Part shown: one piece after another, positions 41,779 through 52,652 of the stretch
Layout: each line of letters opens with the position of its first letter
How positions within the stretch are numbered: the stretch's first letter is position 1
Source: an uncultured Spirochaetota bacterium
Lineage (GTDB): Bacteria > Spirochaetota > Spirochaetia > SZUA-6 > Fen-1364
Assembly (NCBI GenBank): GCA_963845535.1
Contig: CAWJSK010000019.1
Coordinates: forward strand, 448,001 to 512,000
Length of the DNA: 64,000 bases
Reading direction: 5' to 3'
Made by a program: the position numbers and the translations under genes
The notes under the pieces: generated by a model
What the model saw: the letters and a program-made list of their open reading frames with translations, nothing else
Databases searched by the model: none
What the model was told of the DNA's origin: nothing

Positions 41779-42144
41779 ATGTCAGGATTGAAGGTCGTGG
41801 ACATGAACAAGGTGGAGCCGGAAAGAAAGACGCCTCCGCGGGCATCCTGGCTTCTCATTTCGGAAAAGACGGTTGGCTCGAAGAACCTCGCCCTGGGCGT
41901 CAATGAGACGGAGCCCGGCTCCATGGTCCCGGAGCATCTCCATGAAAGCGAAGAGGAGGTAATGCTCTTCCTCGAAGGAGAGGGAAAGTTCATCACGAAA
42001 GACCAGGAGATCGATCTGAAGCCGGGGATCTGCGTGTACAACCCTCCGGGGTCCACCCACAAGATCGTCAACACGGGAACGACGAAGCTCAAGTTTGTGT
42101 GGGTGTACGCGCCGCAATTGAAGAGCCACCTCATTTCACACTAG
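41779..42144 (+). CDS. cupin domain protein
   Basis: PEHLHESEEEVM...GEG...PPGSTH. Confidence 0.85.
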   Translation: MSGLKVVDMNKVEPERKTPPRASWLLISEKTVGSKNLALGVNETEPGSMVPEHLHESEEEVMLFLEGEGKFITKDQEIDLKPGICVYNPPGSTHKIVNTGTTKLKFVWVYAPQLKSHLISH

Positions 42145-42158
42145 AAAGGAGACCAGCC

Positions 42159-43124
42159 ATGCCGAATTGGAGCCTGCCGCCCAGAGAAGGGCACATGGAA
42201 AAGCCAACCAAGATTTACTTCCAGACAATGACCAAGTATGACGTCGAAGAGCGGTTGAGGAAGAACGATATCATCCTGCTGCCCATCGGATCCACGGAGA
42301 ACCACGGACAGGCGGGTCCGTATGGAGAGGACACGTTCATTGTCACAAGGATCGCGGAGATGGTGGCCCAGGCAACGGGCTGCACCGTGGCCGAGCCCAT
42401 GTGGTATGGATCGCACCCCTTTCATCATATCGGTCAACCGGGGACAGTCCCGCTTCCCGACAACGTCTTCGCTGACCATATCAGGTCCATGATTTCCGGG
42501 TTCTGGAACACCGGATTTCGGAAGCAGATTTTCCTGAGCATGCACGGCCAGGAGTATGCCCTTCCTACCGCCATCCAGGAGTGGGGCAAGAAATACCAGG
42601 TCCCCGCCATCATCATCTTCCTTGATCTGCCCCGAATCATGGGCACGGACTTGAAGGACAAGGCGCACGGCGGACCTTTTGAAACCCCCTTCCAGCACGC
42701 GGACGAGGCTGAGACGTCCATCTCAATGGCGCTGTTCCCGGAGATGTGCCAGCTCGAGCACGCGGAAGATACCAAGCTCGGCGGCTTCCTCCCGCCCGGG
42801 CACGTGGACAGGGGCGGAGACATCTACGGCAATCCCATACCCGGACACTGCATTGTTGGAGGAACCGGCATCGAGTGCGTCACATTCCCCGAGGGGGTCC
42901 TCGGAAAGGCCACCCTCGCGGAACCCACCAAGGCCTACAAAGCCATCGAGAACGTCCTGAACTACATGGTGAAGCTCCATGACGACATCATGACCAGGTT
43001 CCCCGTGGGCCAACTGCCGGAGATCAAGCTCATGACGCAGAGAAGCGAAGAGGAGGTCGAGTCGATCCTGCGAGGCCCCACGAAAGGCGGCCGGCATCTC
43101 TACACGATTGCGTGGCCGAGCTAG
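42159..43124 (+). CDS. iolN: 3-dehydro-scyllo-inosose hydrolase-like protein (creatininase family)
   Basis: IYFQTMT...GSTENHG...GEDTF, GFWNTGFRKQI, HGQE, ETPFQHADEAETS, PEGVLGK resemble Thermotoga IolN; substrate not established. Confidence 0.75.
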   Translation: MPNWSLPPREGHMEKPTKIYFQTMTKYDVEERLRKNDIILLPIGSTENHGQAGPYGEDTFIVTRIAEMVAQATGCTVAEPMWYGSHPFHHIGQPGTVPLPDNVFADHIRSMISGFWNTGFRKQIFLSMHGQEYALPTAIQEWGKKYQVPAIIIFLDLPRIMGTDLKDKAHGGPFETPFQHADEAETSISMALFPEMCQLEHAEDTKLGGFLPPGHVDRGGDIYGNPIPGHCIVGGTGIECVTFPEGVLGKATLAEPTKAYKAIENVLNYMVKLHDDIMTRFPVGQLPEIKLMTQRSEEEVESILRGPTKGGRHLYTIAWPS

Positions 43125-43133
43125 GACGCACCG

Positions 43134-44024
43134 ATGAACATCGGCATTTTCGTTCAGACGGTCATTGGCGGCATTGGGATCGGCAGTCTGTACGCTTTGA
43201 TTGCACTTGGCTACTCCATGGTCTATCGATCCATGGGCCTGGTCAACTTTGCCCAAGGAAGCATCTACATGGTAGGCACGTACTTCGGGATCATCTGGTA
43301 CGCGGGAATGGTCATGGGTCTGCACGTGCCCTATCCCATTGCGCTTGTCATCGGGATTCTTCTCAACGCAATGCTGGGCGTGCTTCTGGAGCGCGTATTC
43401 CGTCCCCTTGCAAAGCTCGACCTGATGTTCATGCTGCTGGGGACCATCGGCCTCGGGTTCGTGCTCGACAACCTCTTTGTCATCATCTTCGGCGCGGAGG
43501 GCTTTGCCGTTGCTTCCCCGCTGCCCAATACGCCCATCATCGTCCTCGGCATCAGGATCCTGCCCCAGATGCTCCTGCTTATTGGCGGATCCGCGCTGCT
43601 CATGATGGGCCTCCAGGTGTTCCTGAAAAGGACTCGGTCCGGCAAGGCCATGCGGGCGTCAGCCATGGACAACGAGATCGCCAGCACGATGGGCATCCCG
43701 GTCAATCGGATGAACGCGCTGACTCTTGCCATTGGGTCCGGGCTGGCCGCGGCGGCAGGCATCCTTGCGGCGCCAATCGTCTACGTAAATCCGGCCATGG
43801 GGTCCGCCGTTGGGCTTAAGGGCTTTGCCGCCGCCATTCTGGGGGGACTGGGGAGCATTCCGGGGGCAATTGCCGGAGGCCTTCTGTTCGGTGTGCTGGA
43901 AGCCGTCTCCGCCGGATACATTTCGTCTTCCTACACGCGGGGAATTGCATTTCTTATCATGGTGATCGTTCTCATGGTCAAGCCTTCCGGCCTCGTTGGC
44001 GAAGTCACCGTGGAGAAAGTGTAG
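43134..44024 (+). CDS. Liv-type ABC transporter permease (LivH-like)
   Basis: YALIALGYSMV...NFAQG, GKAMRA, AAILGGLGSI. Confidence 0.92.
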   Translation: MNIGIFVQTVIGGIGIGSLYALIALGYSMVYRSMGLVNFAQGSIYMVGTYFGIIWYAGMVMGLHVPYPIALVIGILLNAMLGVLLERVFRPLAKLDLMFMLLGTIGLGFVLDNLFVIIFGAEGFAVASPLPNTPIIVLGIRILPQMLLLIGGSALLMMGLQVFLKRTRSGKAMRASAMDNEIASTMGIPVNRMNALTLAIGSGLAAAAGILAAPIVYVNPAMGSAVGLKGFAAAILGGLGSIPGAIAGGLLFGVLEAVSAGYISSSYTRGIAFLIMVIVLMVKPSGLVGEVTVEKV

Positions 44025-44033
44025 GATGCGAAA

Positions 44034-45077
44034 TTGAACGACCAATCAGCAGGTCTGGCGAAAAGGAAATTGGGCATACTGAAAGTCTTGGCGCTTGGGA
44101 TCGTCGGCTGCGTCCTGCTGGCATTCCCTTTTCTGGCCCAGAACCGTTATCAGGTACACATCATCAATACCGCGGGCATCTACATCCTGATCAGCCTGGG
44201 GCTGAATATCGCGATGGGCTACGCCGGGCAATACAACCTCGCCATGGGGGCGCTCTGGGGCGTCGGCGCATACACGGCGGCAATTCTCAACACGAGGCTC
44301 GGGGTCCCCTTCTGGCTGAATCTGCCCGCCGCAATGATCGTCAGCCGGCGTCATGGGGGGGATTGTTGGCCTTCCTTCGTTTAAGGTGCGATCTCACTAT
44401 CTTGCCATCGTGACAATCGGTTTGGGCGAAGTCATCAACATCGTTCTGGTCAATGAGCAGCGTCTCACGGGGGGGCTGACGGCATTTCCCGCATTCAGAT
44501 GCCGAGCTTCTTCGGGATCCCCATCAACACCGACGAGCGGTACTACTACCTGATCCTGGCCGTCGTCCTTTTGGGCTTTTTCGTCGCGCGGCAGCTTCTC
44601 AGACATCGAATGGGCCGATCCTTCCGAGCCATTCGCGACGATTACCAGGCGGCAAAAGCAATGGGCGTCAATATAGCGTACTACCAGATCCTTGCCTTCG
44701 TCATCAGCGCGGCATATGCGGGAGCAGCAGGGGCTTTGTTCGCGCATCTCAACACGTATATAAGCCCCGATATTTTTGACTTCAGTTCCACTTTGTTCAT
44801 CCTGACCGTAACGATGGTGGGAGGAATGGGCACTCTTGTCGGCTCCGTCGTGGGCGGGCTGGCCTTGCCGATTCTGCAAGAGTATCTGCGGGTCATCAGG
44901 AATTGGCAATTGGTGGTCTACGGTATTGCCATCATGGTGGTCGTTCTCTTCATTCCCGGTGGGGTCATGGAGCTGATGCGCCGGCTGAAGGGCTCTCGGA
45001 CACTTCGATGGCTGTGGTCCCGCAGGTCCTCAGAGGAGACGCTCCAACCGGAGGAAACGAATGTTTCTGGAGATTGA
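44034..45077 (+). pseudogene. LivM-like permease interrupted by two frameshifts (possibly sequence errors)
   Basis: three consecutive pieces (GLNIAMGYAG / YLAIVTIGLGE / GRSFRAIRDD); +1 near 44343, -1 at the G7 run 44469-44475. Confidence 0.8.
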
Positions 45078-45826
45078 AGGCCTCACAATGCAGTTTGGCG
45101 GGCTGAGCGCGCTGCGGGACGTTTCCATGAGGATCGAGGAAGGCGAGATCCATGGCTTGATTGGTCCCAACGGTTCCGGGAAGACAACCACCTTCAATGT
45201 CGTCTCAGGCTACTACAGGCCCAGCGGCGGAAAAATCACCTTTGGAAAGAAGAACATCACCGGCCTGCCTGCGCACAAAATTACAGCAACGGGCTTCGCT
45301 CGGACCTTTCAGAACCTGCGGCTCTTCAAGAGCATGACCGTACTGGAGAACGTCCTTGTGGGAATGGGCCACCATGCAAAAACAGGTTTGTGGCAGGAGA
45401 TCCTGAACCCCATCGCGGTCCGACGAGAGGAGAAGGGCTTCATCGAAAAGGCCATGAAGCTGCTCGACCTGCTTGGCATTGCCAGACTGGCAGAGTACCC
45501 CGCTACCAGCCTCTCCTACGGTCATCAGCGCCGCGTGGAGATTGCCCGTGCGCTCGGAACCGACCCGAAGATACTCCTCCTGGATGAGCCGGCGGCCGGA
45601 CTCGAATGAGGTAGAGTCCGAGGATCTGCGTCAGGCCTTGGTCAAGATCCGTCAGTCAGGGGTGACGATCTTCCTGATCGAGCATGACATGAAGCTGGTC
45701 ATGGGAATGTGCGACATCATTACCGTCCTGGATTATGGAAAAAAGATAAGTGAAGGAAGCTGCGAGAGCGTCAGCAACGACCCGGTGGTTATCGAAGCCT
45801 ACCTCGGGAAGGAGGAGCAGCCATGA
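45061..45826 (+). pseudogene. LivG-like ATP-binding protein with a +1 frameshift (possibly sequence error)
   Basis: GPNGSGKTT...LLDEPAAGL, then NEVESEDL...IEHDM...AYLG continues in the +1 frame from ~45604. Confidence 0.85.
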
Positions 45827-46530
45827 TGGTGGTTGAGTCCCTCCACACGTACTACGGGAACATCCACGCAGTCAAGGGAATCTCTTTCGAGGTGCAGAAG
45901 GGCCAGATTACCGCCATCATCGGGGCCAACGGTGCCGGCAAGTCGACGTCCATGAAGACCATCTGCGGTCTGCTTCACCCGCGCAACGGAAGAATCCTCC
46001 TTCATGATTCGCCCATTCACAGGCTGCGCCCGGATCAGATTGTGCGTTTGGGGATTGGATACGTTCCCGAGGGAAGGCGGGTCTTCCCGGTATTGACCGT
46101 GGATGAAAACCTCGACATGGGCGCCTACCATCGCTCTGATGCATCCGAGGTCGCCAGGGACAAGGAACGGATGTATGAGACCTTTCCCAAGCTCAAGGAC
46201 CGCAGAAAGCAACTCGCCGGGTCATTGAGCGGCGGAGAGCAACAGATGCTGGTGATAGCTCGCGCCTTGATGTCCAAGCCTCAGCTACTGCTGATGGATG
46301 AGCCTTCCCTGGGTCTGGCGCCCCTCCTGGTCCGGCAGGTATTCGACATCATCGTGGAGCTGAACAGGAAGGGTTTGACCATCCTTCTGAGCGAGCAAAA
46401 CGCGCGCGGCGCTTTGAAGATCGCGCATCGGGGGATCGTGATGGAGACGGGCAAAGTCCGATTTGCCGGCGCGGCACAGGCCCTGCAAGAGAACCCCGTG
46501 GTTCAGCGGGCGTACTTGGGCGTCGGATGA
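45823..46530 (+). CDS. LivF-like ABC ATP-binding protein
   Basis: GANGAGKST, VPEGRRVF, LSGGEQQM, DEPSLGLAP. Confidence 0.93.
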   Translation: MMVVESLHTYYGNIHAVKGISFEVQKGQITAIIGANGAGKSTSMKTICGLLHPRNGRILLHDSPIHRLRPDQIVRLGIGYVPEGRRVFPVLTVDENLDMGAYHRSDASEVARDKERMYETFPKLKDRRKQLAGSLSGGEQQMLVIARALMSKPQLLLMDEPSLGLAPLLVRQVFDIIVELNRKGLTILLSEQNARGALKIAHRGIVMETGKVRFAGAAQALQENPVVQRAYLGVG

Positions 46531-46615
46531 GTCCGTCGGCCGCGAAAGGAGGTGCTCGGGGTGAGGAAGCTGTCGGGGACGTGTTGCGTCGTGGAAACAT
46601 GAAGGGAGGATCATC

Positions 46616-47782
46616 ATGAAGCGAAAAGGACTTGGTATCATTCTGACGATATGTGTCATAGCGACGATCGGCATTTCTTTTGCCGCAGCATCAGGCACCA
46701 AAGAAGGCGCCGGTGGCGCCGCCAACCCCGCTGCTGAGGCGCAGCCAATCAAAATAGCGATCATCGGTGCCATGAGTGGCACCAACGCAATCCTGGGAGA
46801 CTGGCTGAAAAAGGGCGTGACCCTTGCCATTGAGCAGCAAAACGCCAAAGGCGGCATCCAGGGCCGCCAGATTCAGCTCGTCATCTACGACGATCAGGCC
46901 AACCCCACAACGTCTGTCGGCTTGGCCCAGAAGGTCGCCACCGAAGACAAGGTCATGGCGGCGTGGGCCACAACGAACAGCAATTCAACGCTGGCGGATC
47001 TTCCGATTTTCCAGAGCTACAAGATACCGCAGCTCACGTTTGGGACGAACGTCAACATCACGCAGCAGGGCAGCGCGTACATTTTCCGACAGTGCCCTGC
47101 CGGCCCCGCGTATGAGGATCCGCTGATCGACTATCTGGTGAAGGCAGGCAAGACGAAGTATGCCATCATCGGCGACAACTCTGCGTATGGCAAGGGAGAA
47201 ACGGACTATCAGACCGCGGCCCTCAAGCGCAATAACCTGACGCCGCTGGATGCCGAGGCATACGGGATTGACGACAAGGACTTCACGGGCCAGCTTACCA
47301 AGATACTCCAGACCCAGCCCGAGGTCCTCCTGCTGGCCTCTTCCGAGGTAGCCGGTGGACTGGTGGCCAGGCAGGCGCGGCAGCTCGGCTTCACCGGGAT
47401 CATCGCGGGCGGCTCCGCCATGGCCACGCCCAAGTTTACCGAGACCGCGGGGGATGCGGCCGAGGGCGTCTACTTCACATCACCGTACCCGGGCAACGCC
47501 GCGAACGAGCGCACACGCGCGTTCGCCGCAGCGTACAAGGCGCGGTGGGGGGAAGACGCGGAAGAGCATGGGGCCAACAGCTATGACGGTGCCAGCATGC
47601 TGTTGCTGGCAATGTCGAGGGCCAACCCTTTGACTTCTGAAAACGTTGCCGCGGAGATGCACAAGATCTCCGGCTACCAAGGCCTGCAAGGTGTCTTCAA
47701 CTATGATGCAACCGGCGAAGGGATTCGGTTGACGAACGTCGGCATCATCAAGAACGGCAAGCACGCATTCCTGACAAAATAG
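46616..47782 (+). CDS. Liv-type ABC substrate-binding protein
   Basis: signal peptide, NAKGGIQGRQIQLVIYDDQ, DFTGQLTKI, YDG. Confidence 0.92.
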   Translation: MKRKGLGIILTICVIATIGISFAAASGTKEGAGGAANPAAEAQPIKIAIIGAMSGTNAILGDWLKKGVTLAIEQQNAKGGIQGRQIQLVIYDDQANPTTSVGLAQKVATEDKVMAAWATTNSNSTLADLPIFQSYKIPQLTFGTNVNITQQGSAYIFRQCPAGPAYEDPLIDYLVKAGKTKYAIIGDNSAYGKGETDYQTAALKRNNLTPLDAEAYGIDDKDFTGQLTKILQTQPEVLLLASSEVAGGLVARQARQLGFTGIIAGGSAMATPKFTETAGDAAEGVYFTSPYPGNAANERTRAFAAAYKARWGEDAEEHGANSYDGASMLLLAMSRANPLTSENVAAEMHKISGYQGLQGVFNYDATGEGIRLTNVGIIKNGKHAFLTK

Positions 47783-47842
47783 AAAGGCATGTGCACGCTC
47801 GGAGACGACTCATCGTCTCCGAGCGTGCCAGGGGAGACTGAC

Positions 47843-48874
47843 ATGAAGGCTATCGTGAAATATGAGGACGCGGCAGGCGCGGTCAAGGTGATGGATCGAC
47901 CGAAGCCTCAGGTCGGCGCCAACGACGTCCTCATCGGGATCAAGGCAACCGGGATCTGCTACTCCGACATGTCCATCGTGAAGGGCGAATACAAGGGAAG
48001 AAAACCCGTACCGATTCCCGTCATTCTTGGGCACGAGGCGTCGGGGGTCGTTTCCGCGGTTGGAAAGAACGTGCGGAGCGTTGCCCCGGGAGACCGGGTG
48101 GCGTTCGAGCCCCTGAATGGCTGCGGGCAGTGCGAAAACTGCAAGAAGGGTTTCAAGAACATGTGCACGGACTGGAGCCATGTCGGCATCACGTGCGACG
48201 GGACGTTTGCCGAGTTTGTTGCGGTTCCCGAGATCCTGGTGCACGAGCTTGGCCCTTCCATATCATTCGCCGACGCAGCAGTGCTGGAGCCGTTGAGCCT
48301 CGTGGCTCGCTCCCTGGAGCACGTCGTACCGGTGGCCGGGGAATCCGCCGTGATCATCGGACCGGGCTCCGTTGGTTTGCTCCATCTTCAGGCGCTGAAA
48401 TCATCCGGGGTGGAAAAAATAGTCGTTATTGGAATTGACAAGGATGCAAAGAGGTTCGAGATCGCCGAATCCCTGGGAGCCAGCCGCGTGGTTTCGCTGC
48501 AAAAGGAAGATCCAATCAAGGCGGTCATGGAGGCAACCGGCGGTCATGGCGCAGATATCGTCATTGAGACAGCCAACCATCCCTCCGTGTGGGACATCAT
48601 CCTGGACGTTGTTGCGGCGCGGGGGCGCATTTCCACCTTTGGCCTGTATCCGGAAGCCAAGATCAAACCGATAGCTTTGCTGAGAAAAGGCGCAACCATC
48701 TACGGTGATGTGGCCCTGCTGCCCAAGCACTTCATGCGCGCCATAAGCTGGCTGGAGACGAAAAAAGTTTCTGGCGAAAAGCTCATCACAAAACGCTTTG
48801 CCCTGGACCAGGTAGATGAGGCTTTCACGACTTTCTATGGCGGCCAGACCATCAAGGTCCTCTTTGAAGTCTGA
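47843..48874 (+). CDS. zinc-dependent (MDR) polyol-type dehydrogenase
   Basis: GICYSD, GHE, CGQCENC...C, GPGSVG. Confidence 0.9.
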   Translation: MKAIVKYEDAAGAVKVMDRPKPQVGANDVLIGIKATGICYSDMSIVKGEYKGRKPVPIPVILGHEASGVVSAVGKNVRSVAPGDRVAFEPLNGCGQCENCKKGFKNMCTDWSHVGITCDGTFAEFVAVPEILVHELGPSISFADAAVLEPLSLVARSLEHVVPVAGESAVIIGPGSVGLLHLQALKSSGVEKIVVIGIDKDAKRFEIAESLGASRVVSLQKEDPIKAVMEATGGHGADIVIETANHPSVWDIILDVVAARGRISTFGLYPEAKIKPIALLRKGATIYGDVALLPKHFMRAISWLETKKVSGEKLITKRFALDQVDEAFTTFYGGQTIKVLFEV

Positions 48875-48922
48875 CGACGCTTCAGTGCGGCGCGTGCGCA
48901 TGCGGAAAGGGGTGGTTCTACC

Positions 48923-50293
48923 GTGAAGAAGATACGGTCCGTGAATCCGTTCACAATGGAGGTGAACGGGGAGTTCGAGCTCGAATCACCGGCAAAGGTC
49001 CGTGAGGAGATAGAAAGGTCACGGGAGGCGTTCAAAGCCTGGAGGGTGAGCGCCGCCGAGCGCGGGAAACATATTGCCCGATTGGCCGATGTCCTCCTTG
49101 CCGGAAAACGCGGCTACGCCGAAACAATCACGCGGGAAATGGGCAAGCCAATCAGGCAATCCCTCACGGAGATAGAGCGAAGCGCCAATATCTGCAAATA
49201 TTTCGGAGAGCATGCAGAAGAGCTTACTCGTGACGAAGTTGTAGAGACGGCGTTTGCAAAGAGCTACGTCACTTTCGAGCCCCTCGGTGTAATCCTTGCC
49301 ATAATGCCGTGGAATTTCCCGGTCATCCAGCTTTTCCGGTTTGCCATTCCCACCATGTCGGCCGGCAATGTCGTTGTCTTGAAACCTGCTTCCATCACGC
49401 CGTTGTGCGGGAAGGCCATCGAGAGCATTTTCACGGACGCCGGGTTTCCGAAAGGAGTCTTCAGGACTCTCCTGATGGATTCCGCCACTGCGCTGGACCT
49501 CGTCAAAGATGACATGGTGGACGGCGTCTCCCTGACGGGGAGCCTTGGAGCGGGCACGCAGGTGGGGGCGGCTGCGGGCGGCCGGATCAAGAAAAACGTG
49601 CTGGAGCTCGGCGGGTCGGATCCGTTCCTGGTCCTTGATGACGTTGACGTGGATGCGGTTGCCTCCCAAGCGGTCCAGTCGCGTTTCGTCAATTGCGGCC
49701 AGAGCTGTGTCGCTTCCAAGCGCTTCGTTGTCATGAAGAAGATCGCGCAGGAGTTCACCGACCGCTTCGTCCACTACATGCAGGCCATGAAGGCGGGCAA
49801 TCCGATGGACGAGTCGACGGACATCGGCCCCCTTGCAACGGAAGAAGCGGCGTATGAGCTCTCACGGCAGATCGCAGACGCAAAGCAGAAAGGCGCCACG
49901 GTGGTAGAAGGTCCACCCATTCCGTCACAGGGGATGTTCTTTCGGCCGGTTGCCATCCTCAATGCCAAAAAAAACATGCTCGTGGCTCAAGAGGAAACCT
50001 TTGGCCCCATCGCTCCGATCTTCGTCGTCAAGGATGAGGAGGAGATGATCGAACTTGCGAACTCCACGGAGTTTGGCCTCGGAGCGACCATCTGGAGCAA
50101 GGACATCGAGAAAGCCCAAGCGCTGGCCCGTAGGATCGAATCTGGGTTCGTCGGCATCAACAAGCCGGTGAAATCAGATCCGCGCCTGCCCTTCGGGGGA
50201 ACCAAGAAATCCGGCGTGGGGCGTGAGCTCTCACACTACGGAGTCCGGGAGTTCACCAACGTGAAGACCATCATCGTGGAGAACCCGGGCTGA
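48923..50293 (+). CDS. NAD(P)-dependent aldehyde dehydrogenase (SSADH/Sad-like)
   Basis: IMPWNFP, LELGGSD, NCGQSC, EETFGP, PFGGTKKSG. Confidence 0.93.
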   Translation: MKKIRSVNPFTMEVNGEFELESPAKVREEIERSREAFKAWRVSAAERGKHIARLADVLLAGKRGYAETITREMGKPIRQSLTEIERSANICKYFGEHAEELTRDEVVETAFAKSYVTFEPLGVILAIMPWNFPVIQLFRFAIPTMSAGNVVVLKPASITPLCGKAIESIFTDAGFPKGVFRTLLMDSATALDLVKDDMVDGVSLTGSLGAGTQVGAAAGGRIKKNVLELGGSDPFLVLDDVDVDAVASQAVQSRFVNCGQSCVASKRFVVMKKIAQEFTDRFVHYMQAMKAGNPMDESTDIGPLATEEAAYELSRQIADAKQKGATVVEGPPIPSQGMFFRPVAILNAKKNMLVAQEETFGPIAPIFVVKDEEEMIELANSTEFGLGATIWSKDIEKAQALARRIESGFVGINKPVKSDPRLPFGGTKKSGVGRELSHYGVREFTNVKTIIVENPG

Positions 50294-50311
50294 GCGGAAG
50301 CGCGCTTCGAG

Positions 50312-52142
50312 GTGAGGGGAATGAGGAATATCGCACTGCTGGGCAAGCTGCTGGGAGGATTCGCCGTCGTCGCCTTTCTCGTCCTGGCGGTCGGATATGT
50401 GGGGCTGAGGGGCGCTCGCAGCATGACGGGCACCGTCAATGACGTCGGGACCAACCACCTGCGGGCAGTACAGAGCCTCCTGCTGGCAGCGGAAGCGCAG
50501 TCCCAGGTCAATGCCGCGGAGAACATTCTCATGGAAAAGGGCCTGGACGCCGGAAGCGTGCAGAGCAACTTCACGGCGTTCGACAAGGCCAGAAAAGTCA
50601 TTGACGACTCATTCGCAGTCTACGAGTCTCTCCCCAAGTCGAAGGAAGGACTGGACCGCTGGAATCAGCTCAAGGTCGTGTTCGAATCGTGGTGGAAGAC
50701 GCACCTGGACTTCGCCCGCATTGCCCAGGCGTATTGGAACAATCCCTCTGATGCTGCATACACCGACATGAAAAACCAGATTCCGCAGAACAGCTCAGAC
50801 GTACGCCCCTTCCAGCGGGCTCCTGCATGGTCTTGTGGAGACAAACATCCAGGAGGCGGACGCCGCGGTGGCCAGAAGCCGGGCAACCGGCTTTCGAGTG
50901 GAGGTGACCTCTCTTACCGGCATGTGCGCGGGGGTCATCCTGGCCTTGCTGGAGGGGGTCCTTCTTTCCCTGTCAATTGCGCGACCGCTTGCCAGGGCAG
51001 TGGCGTTCGCGAAAATCGTCTCCGGAGGAGACTTCACCCAGAAGCTGGATATCACTGGCAAAGATGAGGTGGGGGTCCTGGCCGACGCTCTGAATGCCAT
51101 GGCGAAAAAGCTCAGCGGTGTGGTCGACTCCATCCAGCAGAGCGCGGAAGAGGTGGCTTCCTCCAGCGAAGAGATCAGCGCCACCGCGCTGAACCTGTCG
51201 GAAGGCGCGCAGAATCAAGCATCGACAATAGAACAGACCAGCGCCTCCATGGAGGAGCTTTCTGCGTCCGTGGCCCAGGTGGCGGAGAATGCACAGTCGC
51301 AGGCAAGCGCCGCCCAGCGGGGCGAGAGCTCCATGGCGAAGGTGGACAGGTTCATCCAGGACGTCGCCCGGGGCCTCCAGGAGATAGCCGGCCTGGCCGG
51401 GCAGTCAGTGGAAAAGGCGGAGAACGGGGCCCGGTCCGTCCAAAAGGTAGTGGACGGAATCGGGACGATCGCAGAGAGCTCGGAGAAGATCAGGGGAATT
51501 GTCGCGGTGATATCCGACATCGCGGACCAGACGAACCTCCTGGCGCTGAACGCGTCCATCGAGGCAGCGCGGGCCGGGGAGCACGGCCGTGGGTTTGCCG
51601 TGGTTGCTGACGAGGTGAGCAAGCTGGCGGACCGAAGCTCCGCATCAACCAAGGAAATCGGGGCCTTGATCAGCAAGAGCGTGGAAAACGTGAGCGACGG
51701 GGTGGAAATTGCCCAGGGCTCGAAGGAGGCCATGGAAGGGATTCGCGCGTCGTCCCAGAGGGTCAAGGAAATGATCGCAGGACTCTCCGAGTCTATCTCC
51801 CAGCAGGTGATGACCGTGGAGGACCTTTCGAAATCCCTGGGTGGGGTCAGTGACATGAGCCGTGGCATCTCCTCGGCAACGGAAGAGCAGACGACGAATG
51901 CCAAGCAGATTTCCGCGGCAATGGAAACCGTCAACGAGCTCACGCAGGTTGCCGCCTCAGCCGCCGAGGAGCTGTCCGGTTCCACGGAGCAGCTGACCAC
52001 CATGGCGCAGAGCCTGCACAGGACCGTTGCGCAGTTCAAGATCGACAAGGGAAATGGCGCGGCCGGCGGGCAGGGCCGCCAGGCCCTGACGGATGGGGCG
52101 GCAGGCAGGAAGCCGCTTACACAGGAGGCGAGTTTGTCGTAG
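50312..52142 (+). pseudogene. methyl-accepting chemotaxis protein (4HB sensor) with a +1 frameshift (possibly sequence error)
   Basis: TM1 and four-helix sensor in frame 50312; TM2, HAMP and [30 protein letters not shown] in the +1 frame; switch near 50792. Confidence 0.85.
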
Positions 52143-52183
52143 ACTGGAGAAAAGATCTGTCTCAACGTCAGGAGGGATACTCG

Positions 52184-52636
52184 GTGGCCAAGCGCGTAGC
52201 GGTAGTCCATGGGCCGAACCTGAATATGCTCGGCAAGCGCGAGGTGGGCATATACGGTGGCAAGTCAATGGAAGAGATCAACTCCGAGGTGGCTGCCGAG
52301 GCAGCATTCCTGGACGTGGCAGTCGAGTTCTACCAGTCGAACAGCGAGGGTGAGCTGGTCACCTATATCCAGCAGTGCCGGGGAGAAATGGACGGCATCT
52401 TGTTGAATGCCGGCGCCTACACCCACTATTCCATCGCTCTTCGGGACGCGGTTGCGGCCGCGCAGGTCCCAACCGTAGAGGTTCACATCTCGAACATCTA
52501 CAAGAGAGAGCCTTTTCGCCATGTGTCGGTCCTCGCTCCCGTTTGCATCGGCCAGATCTGCGGATTCGGCTCTCATGGATACGTCCTGGCTCTCCGGGCT
52601 TTGATGGAAGAGCGATTCGACCCCTGGCTGGCCTGA
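52184..52636 (+). CDS. aroQ: type II 3-dehydroquinate dehydratase
   Basis: GPNLNMLGKRE...YG, NAGAYTHYSIALRDA, EVHISN...RE.FR all intact. Confidence 0.95.
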   Translation: MAKRVAVVHGPNLNMLGKREVGIYGGKSMEEINSEVAAEAAFLDVAVEFYQSNSEGELVTYIQQCRGEMDGILLNAGAYTHYSIALRDAVAAAQVPTVEVHISNIYKREPFRHVSVLAPVCIGQICGFGSHGYVLALRALMEERFDPWLA

Positions 52637-52652
52637 GCGCAAGGAGAAGGGT

